Shown here one piece after another: positions 52,729-64,000 of a DNA stretch of 64,000 bases. The notes beneath the pieces are model-generated. The model saw only the letters and a list, made by a program, of their open reading frames with translations. It had not been told where the DNA came from and ran no database searches. The stretch spans positions 124,001-188,000 of the forward strand of contig PDIP01000010.1 of assembly GCA_002811645.1 (NCBI GenBank). The letters run 5' to 3'. The first letter of the stretch is position 1; every line of letters begins with the position of its first letter. A program made the translations under genes and the position numbers. Source of the stretch: Corallochytrium limacisporum Hawaii. Taxonomy: Eukaryota > Protista > Pluriformea.

Positions 52729-55700
52729 ATGCCCGTGCCGATTGTCGCCCAGGTCGACACCGATGTCGAAGAAATCACTCGGGCGGCCGAGTCGATTGAC
52801 CATGGTCTTAAGGTGGACGATCACCACCCGGATCTGTACGATAATCTCCTGAGTTCACGGGCCACTGCCAGCGGTGGCGTGGACAACTATGACTCACTGC
52901 AGCAGCGTCACTTCCGCCAAGTGTTCCGGGTACGGTCATTTTCCGAAGTTCCGTCGGCTATTCGGGAGCAATACGGCGATCTCAAGTGCAAGAGTTATGC
53001 CGGTATTTTTCCAGATGTGGGACGTGCCTGGCTAACCATTGATAATGTAATCTACCTCTGGCGCTACGGCAACGTGAGTGACAGCAGCAGCAGCGGTGCA
53101 GAGGACCAGGGTTATCTCCAGGGAGGCGGTGGCTTTGGCGGCGGAGTGTCTCTGAATGCCAGTGTGCGTAGCCGCAGCAGCAGCAGCTTCCAGGCCTACA
53201 CACAGCTCAACCAGATCATCGTGAGTGCCGGACTTGTGAAGCCCAAGGCCAATATTTTCAACGAGGACCTGGTCAGTCATTTGCTTGTGCTCTGCACACC
53301 GACCGAAGTAGTTTTGGTCTGCGTGGGTGTGCCAGATCTAACCAAGGCCTACGCCAACAGTGGCGAAGACATGAGCGCCATTGCTCAGAGTGCCAACCGG
53401 GATACACCAGGTGACGGCGCAATCAATGGCTTTGGTGGTGCAAACCAGAACTCAATTAGTGAGGATCTGACCTTCTACCCGGGTACCCTGGCCGTGCAGA
53501 CGGACAATGTGAGCATGTACTGCGTGGCCGCGACGCCGCGTGGCTGCATCTTTCTCGGCGGTGCCGATGGCTACCTCTACGAAGTGACGTACTCGGCGGA
53601 GCGGTCGTGGTTTGGCAATCGATGCAAACTTGTGCGCCATTACAATGGTCTGCTGAGTCGGCTCACGCCGCTGTTGGTTAACCTTAGTTCACGCGACCCG
53701 ATTGTGCAGATTGAAGTGGACAAGGGCCGCAACCTGCTCTATACTTTGAGTGAGAACAGTGTTATTAGTCTCTTTGACCTTGGCGAAAAGGGCGAGGAAT
53801 TGACCTTCATTACCAGCCGGTCTAATTTGAAGAAGGACATTCAGAAGGACGTGAGTTTCAGCGATTCCTACCAGGTTAGCCACTTCCAGATTGTTGCCAT
53901 CCACGCCGTAGAGTGGGACGAGAGCGTGAACCTGAACCTGGTGGCAGTTACATCGACGGGTATTCGTCTGTACTTCTCGGTCGCACCATACTTCTACCCG
54001 TCAGACCAACTTCAGGGCTACCTTCGGTTGACGCCGAAGTACCTTGAACTGCAGCACGTCCGCCTGCCCCCGCAGGCGCTGGCCGTTCATGGTACATCGT
54101 CCGCCACCGTACAGAACGCCCAACAGCAGGAAGTCATGCAGTTGCAACAGCAGGCCTTTGCGCCCTCACCCCTCGGTGCCGCGAGTCCATTCTTTCCCCG
54201 TGGTAACACCGGTGGACAGGGATCGGATGAGTTCGGGGGTGGATTCAATACTCCTGCGAATCCGAACAACCAGGCTGGACGGCAGATGTTCCAAAACACT
54301 CTGATGGCGCAGACGGATCAGAACAATCTCCGAGATATTACCAACGTCCTCAGCACTTTCTACAGCCGGGGTGTCTTGCTATTGAGCGATGTAGTGGCGA
54401 CTGCCGGTCTAGAAAAGGATCGCATTGTCTGTATCGGTACCGATAACACGAAAGTCAGTCAAAACCTGGACGTCGCGACACGGAAGAATCCGTTCTACCC
54501 CCTTCACGAGACCACTGATGTGCTGGGCGTGGAAGGAAAGACCTACTGCATGGCCGAGGCTATCTTGCCCACCACCATGCCGTCACGTGTGATTGCGCAG
54601 AGCTATCCTTCGGTCTATAACGAACAGGCGACGCAGCATATCCTCCCCCGCCGCCGGTTCCTGCGCGTGAACAACCAGGGTGTGCAAATCATTGAGAAAC
54701 TTCGACCCATCGATGAGCTCCAGGAGTTGCTGGAGGCCAGCGGTGGACGAGTGGAAGGTATCGCAGAGCGCTTTTCGCAGATCTACGGCGCTGAAATGAC
54801 CGGTGCCACAGTCCTAGCCATGCTCTGCATGAACCGCTCCAGCAATGCTGCTACAAACATGCCGCTGATCTCTCAGCAGGTTAAGCAATGGGCTCTACAA
54901 CTGTTCAGTGCACTGGGCAAGGGTCCGCAGATGATCCCCGTTCACCAGCAGCCTGGTTTTGACCCAAACCAGGCCCATCAGCAGCAGCAGCAACAGCAGT
55001 CGTCCGTACCACAAGGTCAAAGCAATCAACAATTTCCACCGCAGCCCGTACAGACCGCATCGCTGGACACCTTCCACGACCGTGATGTGCACTTCAGCTC
55101 GCAGTACGTGGCCATGTGCATCTACGTGTCCCGGCTGTTGAGACCTTTGTGGCGCCACCCGATCGTCATCAAAGTTGCCAACGCTGAAGTTGAAGGAGGT
55201 ATCGAGTACGTGAGCCGTCTTAGCCGGAACGACTTACAGTGGATGATGGCGCAGATGACAACGTTTTTGAGTTTCCTAGACAGTTACAATGTGCAGGATC
55301 ACCGCCCCACGGTAGCGTACACCAATGCCAAGGCCGAGTACAACTTTGAGGCCTACGACCGCGAACGCATCCGCACGCAGATGCTGCGGACACTGACCGA
55401 GCGCATTGTGCAGGCGCTGAGCCTGCTGGATCAAATCTGCGACCGCATGCCGCAGATTGTGCAAAACATCCACCCGCAGTGGCGCGATGGCCTAACAGAC
55501 AATACCTTTGCTCTGCTGGTGGTTCATACTGAAGCGCAACAGATGTGGACAATGCTCGTCAAAGCCGCACTGCGGATCAATGTCGCCGACCCAGAAGAGG
55601 TAAAGCAATTGATTACCATTTTCCGCCGTCGCTGTCCACAGTTTTACTCGACCGACTCTGACGAGCTCTTCGAGGCAGACCAGAAGATTAGTTTGGCGCA

Positions 55701-57336
55701 GGAAGAAGCTGACGTCGGTCGGCGCCGTCGTCTGCTGTCCGAAGTCGCGGGCCATTACATGCGCATCAGTCCGAATGAGGAAGACTTGCGCGCCGTGTCC
55801 GAAGTGTTCAAAGCCCTGGACTACCCTGAGGGCGTTGTGGACATTGCACTCAAGTACGCGCACGAAGTCGATCCCAATGGTGCGGGCATGCACTACCTGC
55901 GCTCCGGACAGCCCAGTAATGATATTGTGGGTATCACAGCGTATCAGAATCGGTGTCGTTTCTATGAACACATTTTCCAACTCCTGCAGAGCAACCAGCT
56001 CCAAGTCGCTCCGGCCAACGGAAGCGCCGATGCTGGTGCCACTGGTGATCTGACGGTCGACAACGCTCACAGCGGCAGCAAGAATGCCCGTCAACGCGTT
56101 ATGGACGCAATCGTGGCGCACCAAGACGAACTGTTCCATCTCATGCTTTATCGTTTCCTCAAAGACGAAGGCTACACCGAGGACTTGGAGACCATCCAGA
56201 GTCCATTCTTTGAGCAACTACTGCGCGAGGAGGCGGAGAGCGCAGGGGTTGAGGATGTAGACCGCGAACGGGCCCTGGATGGCCTGCAGCGTTACTACAT
56301 TCGCCAGAAACGATTCTTTGACGCCGCACAGATTCTGCGGCGTCTTGCGGAGATGCCCAACCGCGCTATTGATCTACCGAAACGCATCAATTACCTCTCA
56401 AGTGCGGTTGTCTGCGCCCGCAGTGCCCACCACCAGGTCAGCAGCAGCACAGACGGTGGCGCGTCAGTGGGACACCAGGCCACCGCGGCCTCAGAGCTCA
56501 TGTTTGAGCTCGAGGAAAAGCTGGAGGTCGCGGAGGGGGTGCAGATGATGATTCTGCAGTCTCTGAGCGACATGTTGCGCTCCGACGCACAGAACAACCA
56601 CGATCTTTTCCCTGCAGCCAGTCGGGAACGAATTGAGAACGCATGTGAGGAATTGAACAGTCGACTAATTAACATTAGCGACCTGTATGCCAGCTTTGCG
56701 TGGGAGAACAAACTCTATGATGCCCAATTGCGCATCATTGCCATCTGCGGAACCTTCGAGTACCGCGACGAAGTCCAGAACCTTTGGCGCAATATTATTG
56801 ACGACGCCCTGGTCGTCCTAGGCACCGACGGCGAGGCTCTTGACGCACAGGCCGCGGAGGAACTACAGCGTGTGCTTGTCGAAAAGGGTCGAACCTACGC
56901 GCGCTACGAGAACGCATTCCCTGTGCCTTGGCTGGTGGAGTACCTGGAAAACCTAGCCTCGCGGCACGGTCTGGGTGAAGATTGGACCTACCGCACCCTG
57001 GAGCACTCCGGCGTGGCCCTGGGCATCCTGTACCAAGCGTACTTTGACCTGTTCCAGCGCACTGCCGCCGACAGTGACAACGAACGCAAGTGGCACCTCG
57101 TCGACACTTTATGTGAAATCCTTTCACCAACCACCGGCCTGCTCTCCGAGTTGAGTCAGGGATTGGCCCGCGGCCTGTACGACGAATCGATTGCGTATCT
57201 GCCACAGATGGAGCAGAACATTCTGTTCATGCAGCAGACGCTCTACACTCTGGACCCGCAGGGCGCACAGCCGACCAGTCGCAAGTTACGTGACATCATG
57301 GAAGCGCTGAAGAGCCTGCAAGCGCGGTCCACTTAG
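52729..57336 (+). CDS. NUP155: Nucleoporin Nup155/Nup170
   Basis: GIFPDVGRAWLTIDNVIYLW, GLVKPKANIF, GCIFLGG.DGYLYE, LVAVTSTGIRLYF, DELFHLMLY, IDLPKRINYLSSA; 1535 aa. Confidence 0.95.
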   Translation: MPVPIVAQVDTDVEEITRAAESIDHGLKVDDHHPDLYDNLLSSRATASGGVDNYDSLQQRHFRQVFRVRSFSEVPSAIREQYGDLKCKSYAGIFPDVGRAWLTIDNVIYLWRYGNVSDSSSSGAEDQGYLQGGGGFGGGVSLNASVRSRSSSSFQAYTQLNQIIVSAGLVKPKANIFNEDLVSHLLVLCTPTEVVLVCVGVPDLTKAYANSGEDMSAIAQSANRDTPGDGAINGFGGANQNSISEDLTFYPGTLAVQTDNVSMYCVAATPRGCIFLGGADGYLYEVTYSAERSWFGNRCKLVRHYNGLLSRLTPLLVNLSSRDPIVQIEVDKGRNLLYTLSENSVISLFDLGEKGEELTFITSRSNLKKDIQKDVSFSDSYQVSHFQIVAIHAVEWDESVNLNLVAVTSTGIRLYFSVAPYFYPSDQLQGYLRLTPKYLELQHVRLPPQALAVHGTSSATVQNAQQQEVMQLQQQAFAPSPLGAASPFFPRGNTGGQGSDEFGGGFNTPANPNNQAGRQMFQNTLMAQTDQNNLRDITNVLSTFYSRGVLLLSDVVATAGLEKDRIVCIGTDNTKVSQNLDVATRKNPFYPLHETTDVLGVEGKTYCMAEAILPTTMPSRVIAQSYPSVYNEQATQHILPRRRFLRVNNQGVQIIEKLRPIDELQELLEASGGRVEGIAERFSQIYGAEMTGATVLAMLCMNRSSNAATNMPLISQQVKQWALQLFSALGKGPQMIPVHQQPGFDPNQAHQQQQQQQSSVPQGQSNQQFPPQPVQTASLDTFHDRDVHFSSQYVAMCIYVSRLLRPLWRHPIVIKVANAEVEGGIEYVSRLSRNDLQWMMAQMTTFLSFLDSYNVQDHRPTVAYTNAKAEYNFEAYDRERIRTQMLRTLTERIVQALSLLDQICDRMPQIVQNIHPQWRDGLTDNTFALLVVHTEAQQMWTMLVKAALRINVADPEEVKQLITIFRRRCPQFYSTDSDELFEADQKISLAQEEADVGRRRRLLSEVAGHYMRISPNEEDLRAVSEVFKALDYPEGVVDIALKYAHEVDPNGAGMHYLRSGQPSNDIVGITAYQNRCRFYEHIFQLLQSNQLQVAPANGSADAGATGDLTVDNAHSGSKNARQRVMDAIVAHQDELFHLMLYRFLKDEGYTEDLETIQSPFFEQLLREEAESAGVEDVDRERALDGLQRYYIRQKRFFDAAQILRRLAEMPNRAIDLPKRINYLSSAVVCARSAHHQVSSSTDGGASVGHQATAASELMFELEEKLEVAEGVQMMILQSLSDMLRSDAQNNHDLFPAASRERIENACEELNSRLINISDLYASFAWENKLYDAQLRIIAICGTFEYRDEVQNLWRNIIDDALVVLGTDGEALDAQAAEELQRVLVEKGRTYARYENAFPVPWLVEYLENLASRHGLGEDWTYRTLEHSGVALGILYQAYFDLFQRTAADSDNERKWHLVDTLCEILSPTTGLLSELSQGLARGLYDESIAYLPQMEQNILFMQQTLYTLDPQGAQPTSRKLRDIMEALKSLQARST

Positions 57337-59680
57337 GTTTCCAAATGTTCATCTACACCATACCCGTAGGTTCATCGCCATGCTGAGATATAGCGCACAA
57401 CCAAACCAAGCACACCCACCAACAAAGTAAAAAAATGAAACTTTAATACGAAATCCACCTTCTACAAGCCTTGCGAAGCGTCTAGTTTTGGTGGACAACA
57501 AAGTGTCCGCATGAACATTAATAACTCACACCAATGAGTTGTCCCTCAAAAACAACGGTCTGCGAGTCCCGATCGTCATGGCATCACACACCGCCACACA
57601 CTCACACGTCCGACGAAAGGATACACACGTACCCGAAAACGTTGCTGACACTAAAGCAAGCACTTCTGATAAACTCGGAATTTCGTCCAATCCTCTTGCA
57701 CACTTACACGTACAGCCATAGATAAATTCGTACGATGGTATATAGCGATGACATGCAAAAACGCATGTCGCACTCGCACGTGGTATCACCTGTACCACAC
57801 ACCAAGTCCCATAGTACACGGTCTTGCAAAGGATCACCTCAGAGCCCATGGGTTTTCGCCAAGCGTCCCTTGGACCCAGTCTAAACCCGGTCGGTCCCCA
57901 TCCGTGTCACACCGCAGCTTTTGCGCGCCAAATCTTGAGCCGCCGCTCGTTCCTTTCCTTTTCCCCCTCCAACCCCCCCCCCGGGGGGCTTTCCGCACTT
58001 GTGCGATCTAAGCCACACATACACACACACAGAGCCCCTGTCGCGCGACAGGCGCGCCCCTGGTGCAGAAAGCCCATGGCCCAGTACACCATGGAACAAT
58101 GAGGCTTACACTGGGGGCCCGCCGTCGGGCATAGCAGGAGGGGGGTCCCCTTTTTTTTTTCCCTTCGGTCCATGTGTCCCTCCGGTACTTTCTCCGCCCA
58201 AGCGCTCCCGCCCCGAACAGGGAGGAGCGCCCCCCCCCGCGAGAGAGGGGGGGAGGGCCAAGAAAAAGCCGGCACCCAAATTTAGCTACCACCGCAAACC
58301 AGCGCAAGAAAAAGAAATGGAAAAAAAAAGCCAAAGGTTTCAAAACCCAAACCCCCTCCCTCCCCCCCGGGGGCCTCCCGGCAGGGCCAGTCGAGAAGTA
58401 GACCGTACGTGCCCGGAGAGCAGGGCACTCTACAGGGAAGGCGGGCATCGTGCGTCCGGACGGAGACACGGCCCCATTGGAAGCAAAATCGAAAAACACA
58501 GACAAGGGCCGCGAGTGAGAGAGACAGAGAACCCCGAGTAAGGGGCACCCGGCTGCCTCTCTGCCCAGCAGCGCCCTTTGTTGTTTTGGCCTATGTCCAA
58601 CGCCCGCCATAAATGCGCCCACCCAAAAACTGACTCCTCACACACGCGCGGCCCGACTTCCCCAATTTTTTTTTTCTTCTTTTCAGCGAAAGGAGCGATT
58701 CCTTAGAGAAGCACCGGGCCACGTTTCTTTACCTTTGGGGCCCTGACTTTTATTTTCGCCTCTTTTTGTTTTCTGCCTCGGTTCATGGGCGCCCGACCGT
58801 GGGGCCGCCACCGCGCTCTGTTCGTTGCGCTTTGGAAAGACTTTGCCACCGTTCCACTTTTTTTTTGCTCCTTCTTGCGCCACACCGCAGCAGCGCGCTG
58901 CAAAACCGGGGATCACCGGAACACGAGAATACCTCCCACCATGCCCATGCCCATGCCCATGCACACGCACACACACCCTTACGTACCCGTGCCCTCTCTC
59001 GGCATGCATGAATTACTCGTTACGTATACCGTTGTTTCCATGCGAATTATGTACCACACCGGTCGCCTCAGTTTCACCCTTTCCCGCTCCCCCCCCCCGG
59101 GGTGCTGCTGCTGCTGTTGCCGCCACCCCCCCCCTGGCTGGCTGGTGCCTTGTGACTGCCCCGGGCCCGGGTCTATATTCTCCCGGTGTTTTTTCACCTT
59201 AAGAGAGTGGGGGGGGGGGTAAAGATGGAAAAAAAAATGGGAAGGAAAACAAAGAAGGCGGTGGGGTGTCCAAACGGTTTCTTTCTCCTCGGTTGCGAGA
59301 GAGAGAGAGGGGGGGGGAGAGGGGGAGAGAGAAGGCAAAGAGCGTCCCCCCGGGGGGGGGTGAGGGAGTCTTAGGAGCGGGTGGTGAGGCGAATTGTCTT
59401 TTGCGGCGTGATGTGCACGGACCGGGTGATCAGGTGGTATTTAAGTGAATGGTAAGGTAAGATAATGTTTCAAGCGCGATCATTATCCATGTGTACATGA
59501 TTAGAAATAGTTAATGAATCGTGATTGGGTAAGAATGTTTTTCTCCAGCCTCATAGAAGTGTTCTTCACCGGCTTTGCCCTGGTCGTGCTCGCCATTGCC
59601 AGGTAAAGTTTGATGCAGACAAGTGCATGTTAGCAGAAAATACGTAAACAAAGTAGCCTTATCCCTGCTTTGCAGCAACC

Positions 59681-60886
59681 ATGAGCATGCAGGAGTTCCA
59701 GGAAGACGGTCAGCTCCCCGCTGAGGAAGAGGCTGAAGAATTCTATGAGAAGTATCAGCTCAAGGAAGTCCTGGGACGCGGACTCAGCTCGACCGTGCGG
59801 CGGTGCCGCAATAAAATGACAGGGGAAGAGTTTGCTGTAAAGATCCTGGACAAGGCAGAGCACCAAGATATGCTCGACTTGGTGGAGGCAGAGACGGAAA
59901 TTTTAAGTCTGCTGAACCATCCGAACATTATTCATTTGGAGGAGGCCTTTGAGCTCAGCACCCACTTCTTTCTGGTGTTTGAACTGGCAGAGGGCGGTGA
60001 ATTGTTCGATCTCCTGACGGAAGTGGTTTACTTTCCGGAAGCCAAGGCCCGGAGCATTATGTATCAGATCCTTCACGCAGTAGATTACTTCCACAAGCGA
60101 CAGATCATTCACAGGGACTTGAAGCCAGAGAATATTTTGCTAATGACTGACGGTACAATCAAGATTAGTGACTTTGGCTTTGCCAAAGTGATCGAGGACG
60201 GTGAGACGCTACGGGAACTGTGCGGTACGCCAGGTTATATGTCACCGGAGGCTATTGAGTGCTACCTCTATGGCAATGATGTTGGCTACAGTATGCCCAG
60301 TGATATGTGGGCCTGTGGTGTCATCATGTATACAATTATGGTAGGTTTCCCTCCCTTTTGGAATCAGAGCCGTATGGTCCTGCTCAGGACCATCATGAAG
60401 GGCAAATATGAGTTCGTGGCACCCTTCTGGGACCATGTAAGTGAATCGGCAAAGGATCTGGTCCGGCGCCTGCTGACTACAGACCCCAACAAACGCATCA
60501 CCGCCGCGCAGGCTCTTGAACATGAGTGGATTGCGGAGCTCACGACCATGCGTAAGGAGAACCAGGAACGCACAGTCAGCGCCCGTCAGCGCTTCCGTGC
60601 AGCTGTCTTTGCCATTATGGCCACGCACCACGTCTCCTTCTCCAAGCGCATGTCTGTGGCTTCCACAGTGGAAGCCGACTCCGAGATGTCGACCACAACT
60701 GCGGACAAAAAAGCGGCCAAGATCCGCGACTTGTACCGAACCAAGAAGTTGCGCAAGACCATCGACGAGTGCGCCTTCAAAATCTACGGACACTGGGTCA
60801 AGAAGAACAACGAACAGAATCGTGCTGCGTTGTTCGAGAATTTGCCAAGGCCCGTGCCCCCAGGCATTGAGATTCGCGTCCAATAG
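59681..60886 (+). CDS. PHKG: Phosphorylase b kinase gamma catalytic subunit
   Basis: Kinase (LGRGLSSTVRRC, HRDLKPEN, SDFGF, LRELCGTPGY) plus the PHKG calmodulin-binding tail LRKTIDECAFKIYGHWVKKNNEQNRAALFEN. Confidence 0.93.
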   Translation: MSMQEFQEDGQLPAEEEAEEFYEKYQLKEVLGRGLSSTVRRCRNKMTGEEFAVKILDKAEHQDMLDLVEAETEILSLLNHPNIIHLEEAFELSTHFFLVFELAEGGELFDLLTEVVYFPEAKARSIMYQILHAVDYFHKRQIIHRDLKPENILLMTDGTIKISDFGFAKVIEDGETLRELCGTPGYMSPEAIECYLYGNDVGYSMPSDMWACGVIMYTIMVGFPPFWNQSRMVLLRTIMKGKYEFVAPFWDHVSESAKDLVRRLLTTDPNKRITAAQALEHEWIAELTTMRKENQERTVSARQRFRAAVFAIMATHHVSFSKRMSVASTVEADSEMSTTTADKKAAKIRDLYRTKKLRKTIDECAFKIYGHWVKKNNEQNRAALFENLPRPVPPGIEIRVQ

Positions 60887-61075
60887 GAAGGTCCAGTGCA
60901 GTACAGAGTATCAATAAATTCGAAACAAAATAACACCGCATCACCATCAGAACGGAACCCCCATTGGAATGGACGAATGTTACAATTCAGTGCTATCACG
61001 GATGTATATTATTCTTACATGGTGTATTACATGGTCATTGAGATGAAAATTATGTGTGTTGATGGTCCTCATCCT

Positions 61076-61780
61076 CTAGTGTCCGTGCATGAAGTAGCCA
61101 ATTGCAGCGCTAAAGGCAGCGAAACCGGCACAGCCCAGTGCGCCGGCCTGTGCACCACCGCGGAAGCCCATGGCACCACCCAACGCACAGCCTGTGAGCA
61201 TTTCATTTCCCAACCCACTCGTGCCACGGTAGCTCTCAAAGATACACTCTGTCCCAGCAAAAGCAAATCCCAGGAAGGCGAAGGATTTCGCGTAGGACCG
61301 GGACTTTGTGTACATTTCCTTCGCGACATCCTTGGCAGTCTGCGGAGGCTTTGTGTGGTCCGGAGGTTCCATACCAACACTAAAAATACCCAACGCTACA
61401 CCGAGGCCACCTCCGACCACACCACTCAAGCCCGCTTTGAATGCACAGCTTTCGTAGAAGCCTGTGATCATCTCGACGTTGCGGTCGCGGTTGCGGTGTG
61501 CGGTAGCGTACATTTCGGAGAAGAGAGATTTCTTCAGGAAGTTGCCGGTGGCGTATGGATCTTCCCAATTCAGAGCTTTCCCCAGTTTGGTATTTTCAGG
61601 GTCCCAGCCACCAACTGGCGACAGAGTCTGGCCAAACAGGGCCTGACTCGTACTCATTTCAGGCTGCCCCATTTCAAATTGTTGGTCTTGTTCCTTCTGC
61701 ATTTCTGCCATTGCCTTGGCCACAATCTCTTCATATTCCTGCTCTGTCAGGTCCTGCTTGGGGACCTCTGCAGACGCCAT
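61076..61780 (-). CDS. TIM22: Mitochondrial import translocase Tim22
   Basis: ESCAFKAGLSGVVGGGLG, SYAKSFA, FAGTECIFESYRG, GCAGFAAFSAAI. First ATG at 61780. Confidence 0.93.
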   Translation of the reverse strand: MASAEVPKQDLTEQEYEEIVAKAMAEMQKEQDQQFEMGQPEMSTSQALFGQTLSPVGGWDPENTKLGKALNWEDPYATGNFLKKSLFSEMYATAHRNRDRNVEMITGFYESCAFKAGLSGVVGGGLGVALGIFSVGMEPPDHTKPPQTAKDVAKEMYTKSRSYAKSFAFLGFAFAGTECIFESYRGTSGLGNEMLTGCALGGAMGFRGGAQAGALGCAGFAAFSAAIGYFMHGH

Positions 61781-62401
61781 GATAAAGGTCGGCACTGACT
61801 AGTTTTGTATCAAATGCACGTTTACGCACACAGTCTTATTCTTTGCTCACTATGTTTCATTACATGCTTTCCATGGTTGGTCGCGAAAATTTAAAGAAGC
61901 AATATTTCCGAACGGTCACAGACTATCTGTTCTATGTCCAGGTATTTCACATGTTCGCCAAGATTTGAATGTGACGACATAAATAGCGGGACAGGAACTC
62001 CGAAACGTCTTCCCATTTCCATAATTTGCTAAGTCCACTCTTGGCTCATGCACCCGACCCGACCACGCGCGGGTTTCCACACACTCCCCTCCCCCCTTTC
62101 CTTCGGGGTGCCGGGGGCCCGTGAGGATTGGCTTTGACACGGAAAGGGGAGGAGCGGGGAGATCCAGATCCCGAGATACACGCCTGGGACTCGCCTTGTC
62201 CGCCGTACGGTTGTTTGTTTGTTTTCCTCGGCGATTTGATAGTTTGGATATTTAAAACATCTGAATGAACTTGCAACCTGTGTAAATCATTCAGAACATC
62301 ATTCAATCACAAAAAGTAGAGAATAGTAAGATATAGTTATCAATCACATACACCTAGCGTAGCAATGACGTAGAGAAGATACAGAACAGGAAGAGAAAAC
62401 C

Positions 62402-63562
62402 ATGAAACTAGTGTCTCAAAACATCGAAAAGGACCAGACTGGGTCCGTGGCATTGATTGCAGAGGATATAGAGGATGTATGGCACGTCTTCAACTTGATC
62501 CACAAGGGTGACAAGGTCAAGACATCAACTGTCCGTAAGGTCCACAGTGAGTCGGCGACCGGCTCTATCACAACAGATAAGGTCAAGATGACCCTTGTTC
62601 TGCAAGTTTCGGATACGAGCTTCGACGGAGAGATAGGTGAGCTTCGTGTCAGCGGAAGGAACGTAGAAGAGTCCAAATTCGTCAAGGTCGGACAATACCA
62701 CACATTCGTGATCGAACTGCATAAGAAGTTTACATTGTACAAGCAGGTTTGGGACTCAGTCACGTTGGACCGCGTTAAGTATGCCTGTGATGCTAAAAAC
62801 CGGGCAGAAATTGCGGCCCTGGTAATGCAGGAAGGTCTTGCTCATCTCTGTTTAGTGACAGACAGTATGACCATCCTCAAGGCCCGCATCGAACAGACCA
62901 TTCCGAAGAAGCGGAACTATAATGCGGGCCAGAGTGACAAAGCCATGCAAAAATTCTTTGCCGACATTCTGACCTCTTTTCAGAAGCATGTTGGCCTCAA
63001 CATTGTCAAGGCTGTGGTAATCGCATCCCCGGGCTTCCTCAAAGAGTCTTTCCGTGACTATCTGATCAATGACGCTGTGCGGCGCGATGACAAGCAGTTG
63101 CTGGCGGCGAAATCGAAAATCGTCCTCGCCCAAGCCTCTTCGGGACATATGCAGGCGCTCAGAGAGCTCATGCACGATCCTTCTGTGCAGTCACAGCTGA
63201 AGGATACAAAAGCAGCCGAGCATGTGCAAATGCTGGATCGATTCCAGCGCCTTCTCAACCACGATCCGGATCGAGCGTACTATGGTTATGATCACTGCAA
63301 GGCTGCCGTCGAAAAGAATGCGGTAGAAATCCTAATGGTTAGTGACGAGCTGTTTCGGTCCATGTCGATCACCACGCGGCAAAAGTACATCGACCTTGTT
63401 GACGAAGCAAAGGACAACGGTGCGGAAATCGCCATCTTTTCCTCCCTGCATCAGACCGGCAAGGAACTTTCACTCCTCTCTGGTGTCGCTGCCATCCTGC
63501 GGTTCCCGCTCCCAGAGATTGAAGAGATGGATGTGGAGGACAGTGATGATTCTGAGTCGTAA
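62402..63562 (+). CDS. PELO: Pelota/Dom34 ribosome rescue factor
   Basis: MKLV, EDVWHVFNLI, STVRKV, GQYHT, MQEGLAHLC, ASPGF, RAYYG, SDELFRS, LSGVAAILRFP. Confidence 0.97.
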   Translation: MKLVSQNIEKDQTGSVALIAEDIEDVWHVFNLIHKGDKVKTSTVRKVHSESATGSITTDKVKMTLVLQVSDTSFDGEIGELRVSGRNVEESKFVKVGQYHTFVIELHKKFTLYKQVWDSVTLDRVKYACDAKNRAEIAALVMQEGLAHLCLVTDSMTILKARIEQTIPKKRNYNAGQSDKAMQKFFADILTSFQKHVGLNIVKAVVIASPGFLKESFRDYLINDAVRRDDKQLLAAKSKIVLAQASSGHMQALRELMHDPSVQSQLKDTKAAEHVQMLDRFQRLLNHDPDRAYYGYDHCKAAVEKNAVEILMVSDELFRSMSITTRQKYIDLVDEAKDNGAEIAIFSSLHQTGKELSLLSGVAAILRFPLPEIEEMDVEDSDDSES

Positions 63563-64000
63563 GCAATCGCTTTGACCAATCACCAACGCTCGTCATAATC
63601 GTAGTATATCCTAGTAAGAAAACAATATCAGTTACCCTTATAGACATGATACACCCATGGTCTTATCATCGTCATCGTCACCATAAAAGAATCGCCGTGA
63701 GATTCTATTGTCTATCCCCCTGCCATGATCTTTTCCGATGCCAAGAGAACTGCCAAGCAGAATGGTCCATTTCATGCATCCCCGGTATGGCCCCGTCTCT
63801 CCATATCTCTCTCTCTCGCGCTCTCGCTGTCTCTCTCTCTCTCCTGTGCTCCCTCGCCCGCTCTCTGCTTAGTTAGGCTCCTTTGCCTTGCCTTCGCTTT
63901 GCTCCCCCACTGTTCCCAAGTGCGTACGGACGAAAGCGCGGTGTGTGACAGCGCCGCGTACAGAGGCCGAGGCGGGACGGCTCCCTCGTCGTACTCGCCC

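Noticed and set aside
58092-58110. GAACAATGAGGCTTAC resembling RNase MRP CR-V
   Set aside because: No upstream CR-I partner able to form the P4 helix.
60896-61798. 300-aa + strand ORF over TIM22
   Set aside because: Antisense shadow with a GTG start and no recognisable features.

Overview
Gene-dense eukaryotic nuclear DNA with about 26 housekeeping genes, none showing an intron in its CDS, separated by short convergent 3' gaps and GC-rich, homopolymer-rich promoter regions. The animal-type phosphorylase kinase gamma tail plus EFCAB9-like and MORN3-like genes suggest an intron-poor unicellular holozoan (Corallochytrium-like; inference only). The main finding is a tRNA-Gly(TCC) gene (50082-50198, minus strand) interrupted by a 45-nt intron in the T-loop at position 59/60. 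It sits in a bulge-helix-bulge (BHB) motif whose predicted cut sites rebuild a perfect 72-nt tRNA, an archaeal/Cyanidioschyzon-type arrangement that I do not know of in opisthokonts. Other points: a doubly frameshifted MORN3 (flagellar) pseudogene, an abutting co-oriented gene pair that may be dicistronic, a 57-aa microprotein missed by the ORF track, a Prp22 lacking its S1 domain, a probable dead RecQ-like helicase, and several structured non-coding segments, one resembling an SRP RNA S-domain. All identifications were made by eye from motifs; no searches were run.
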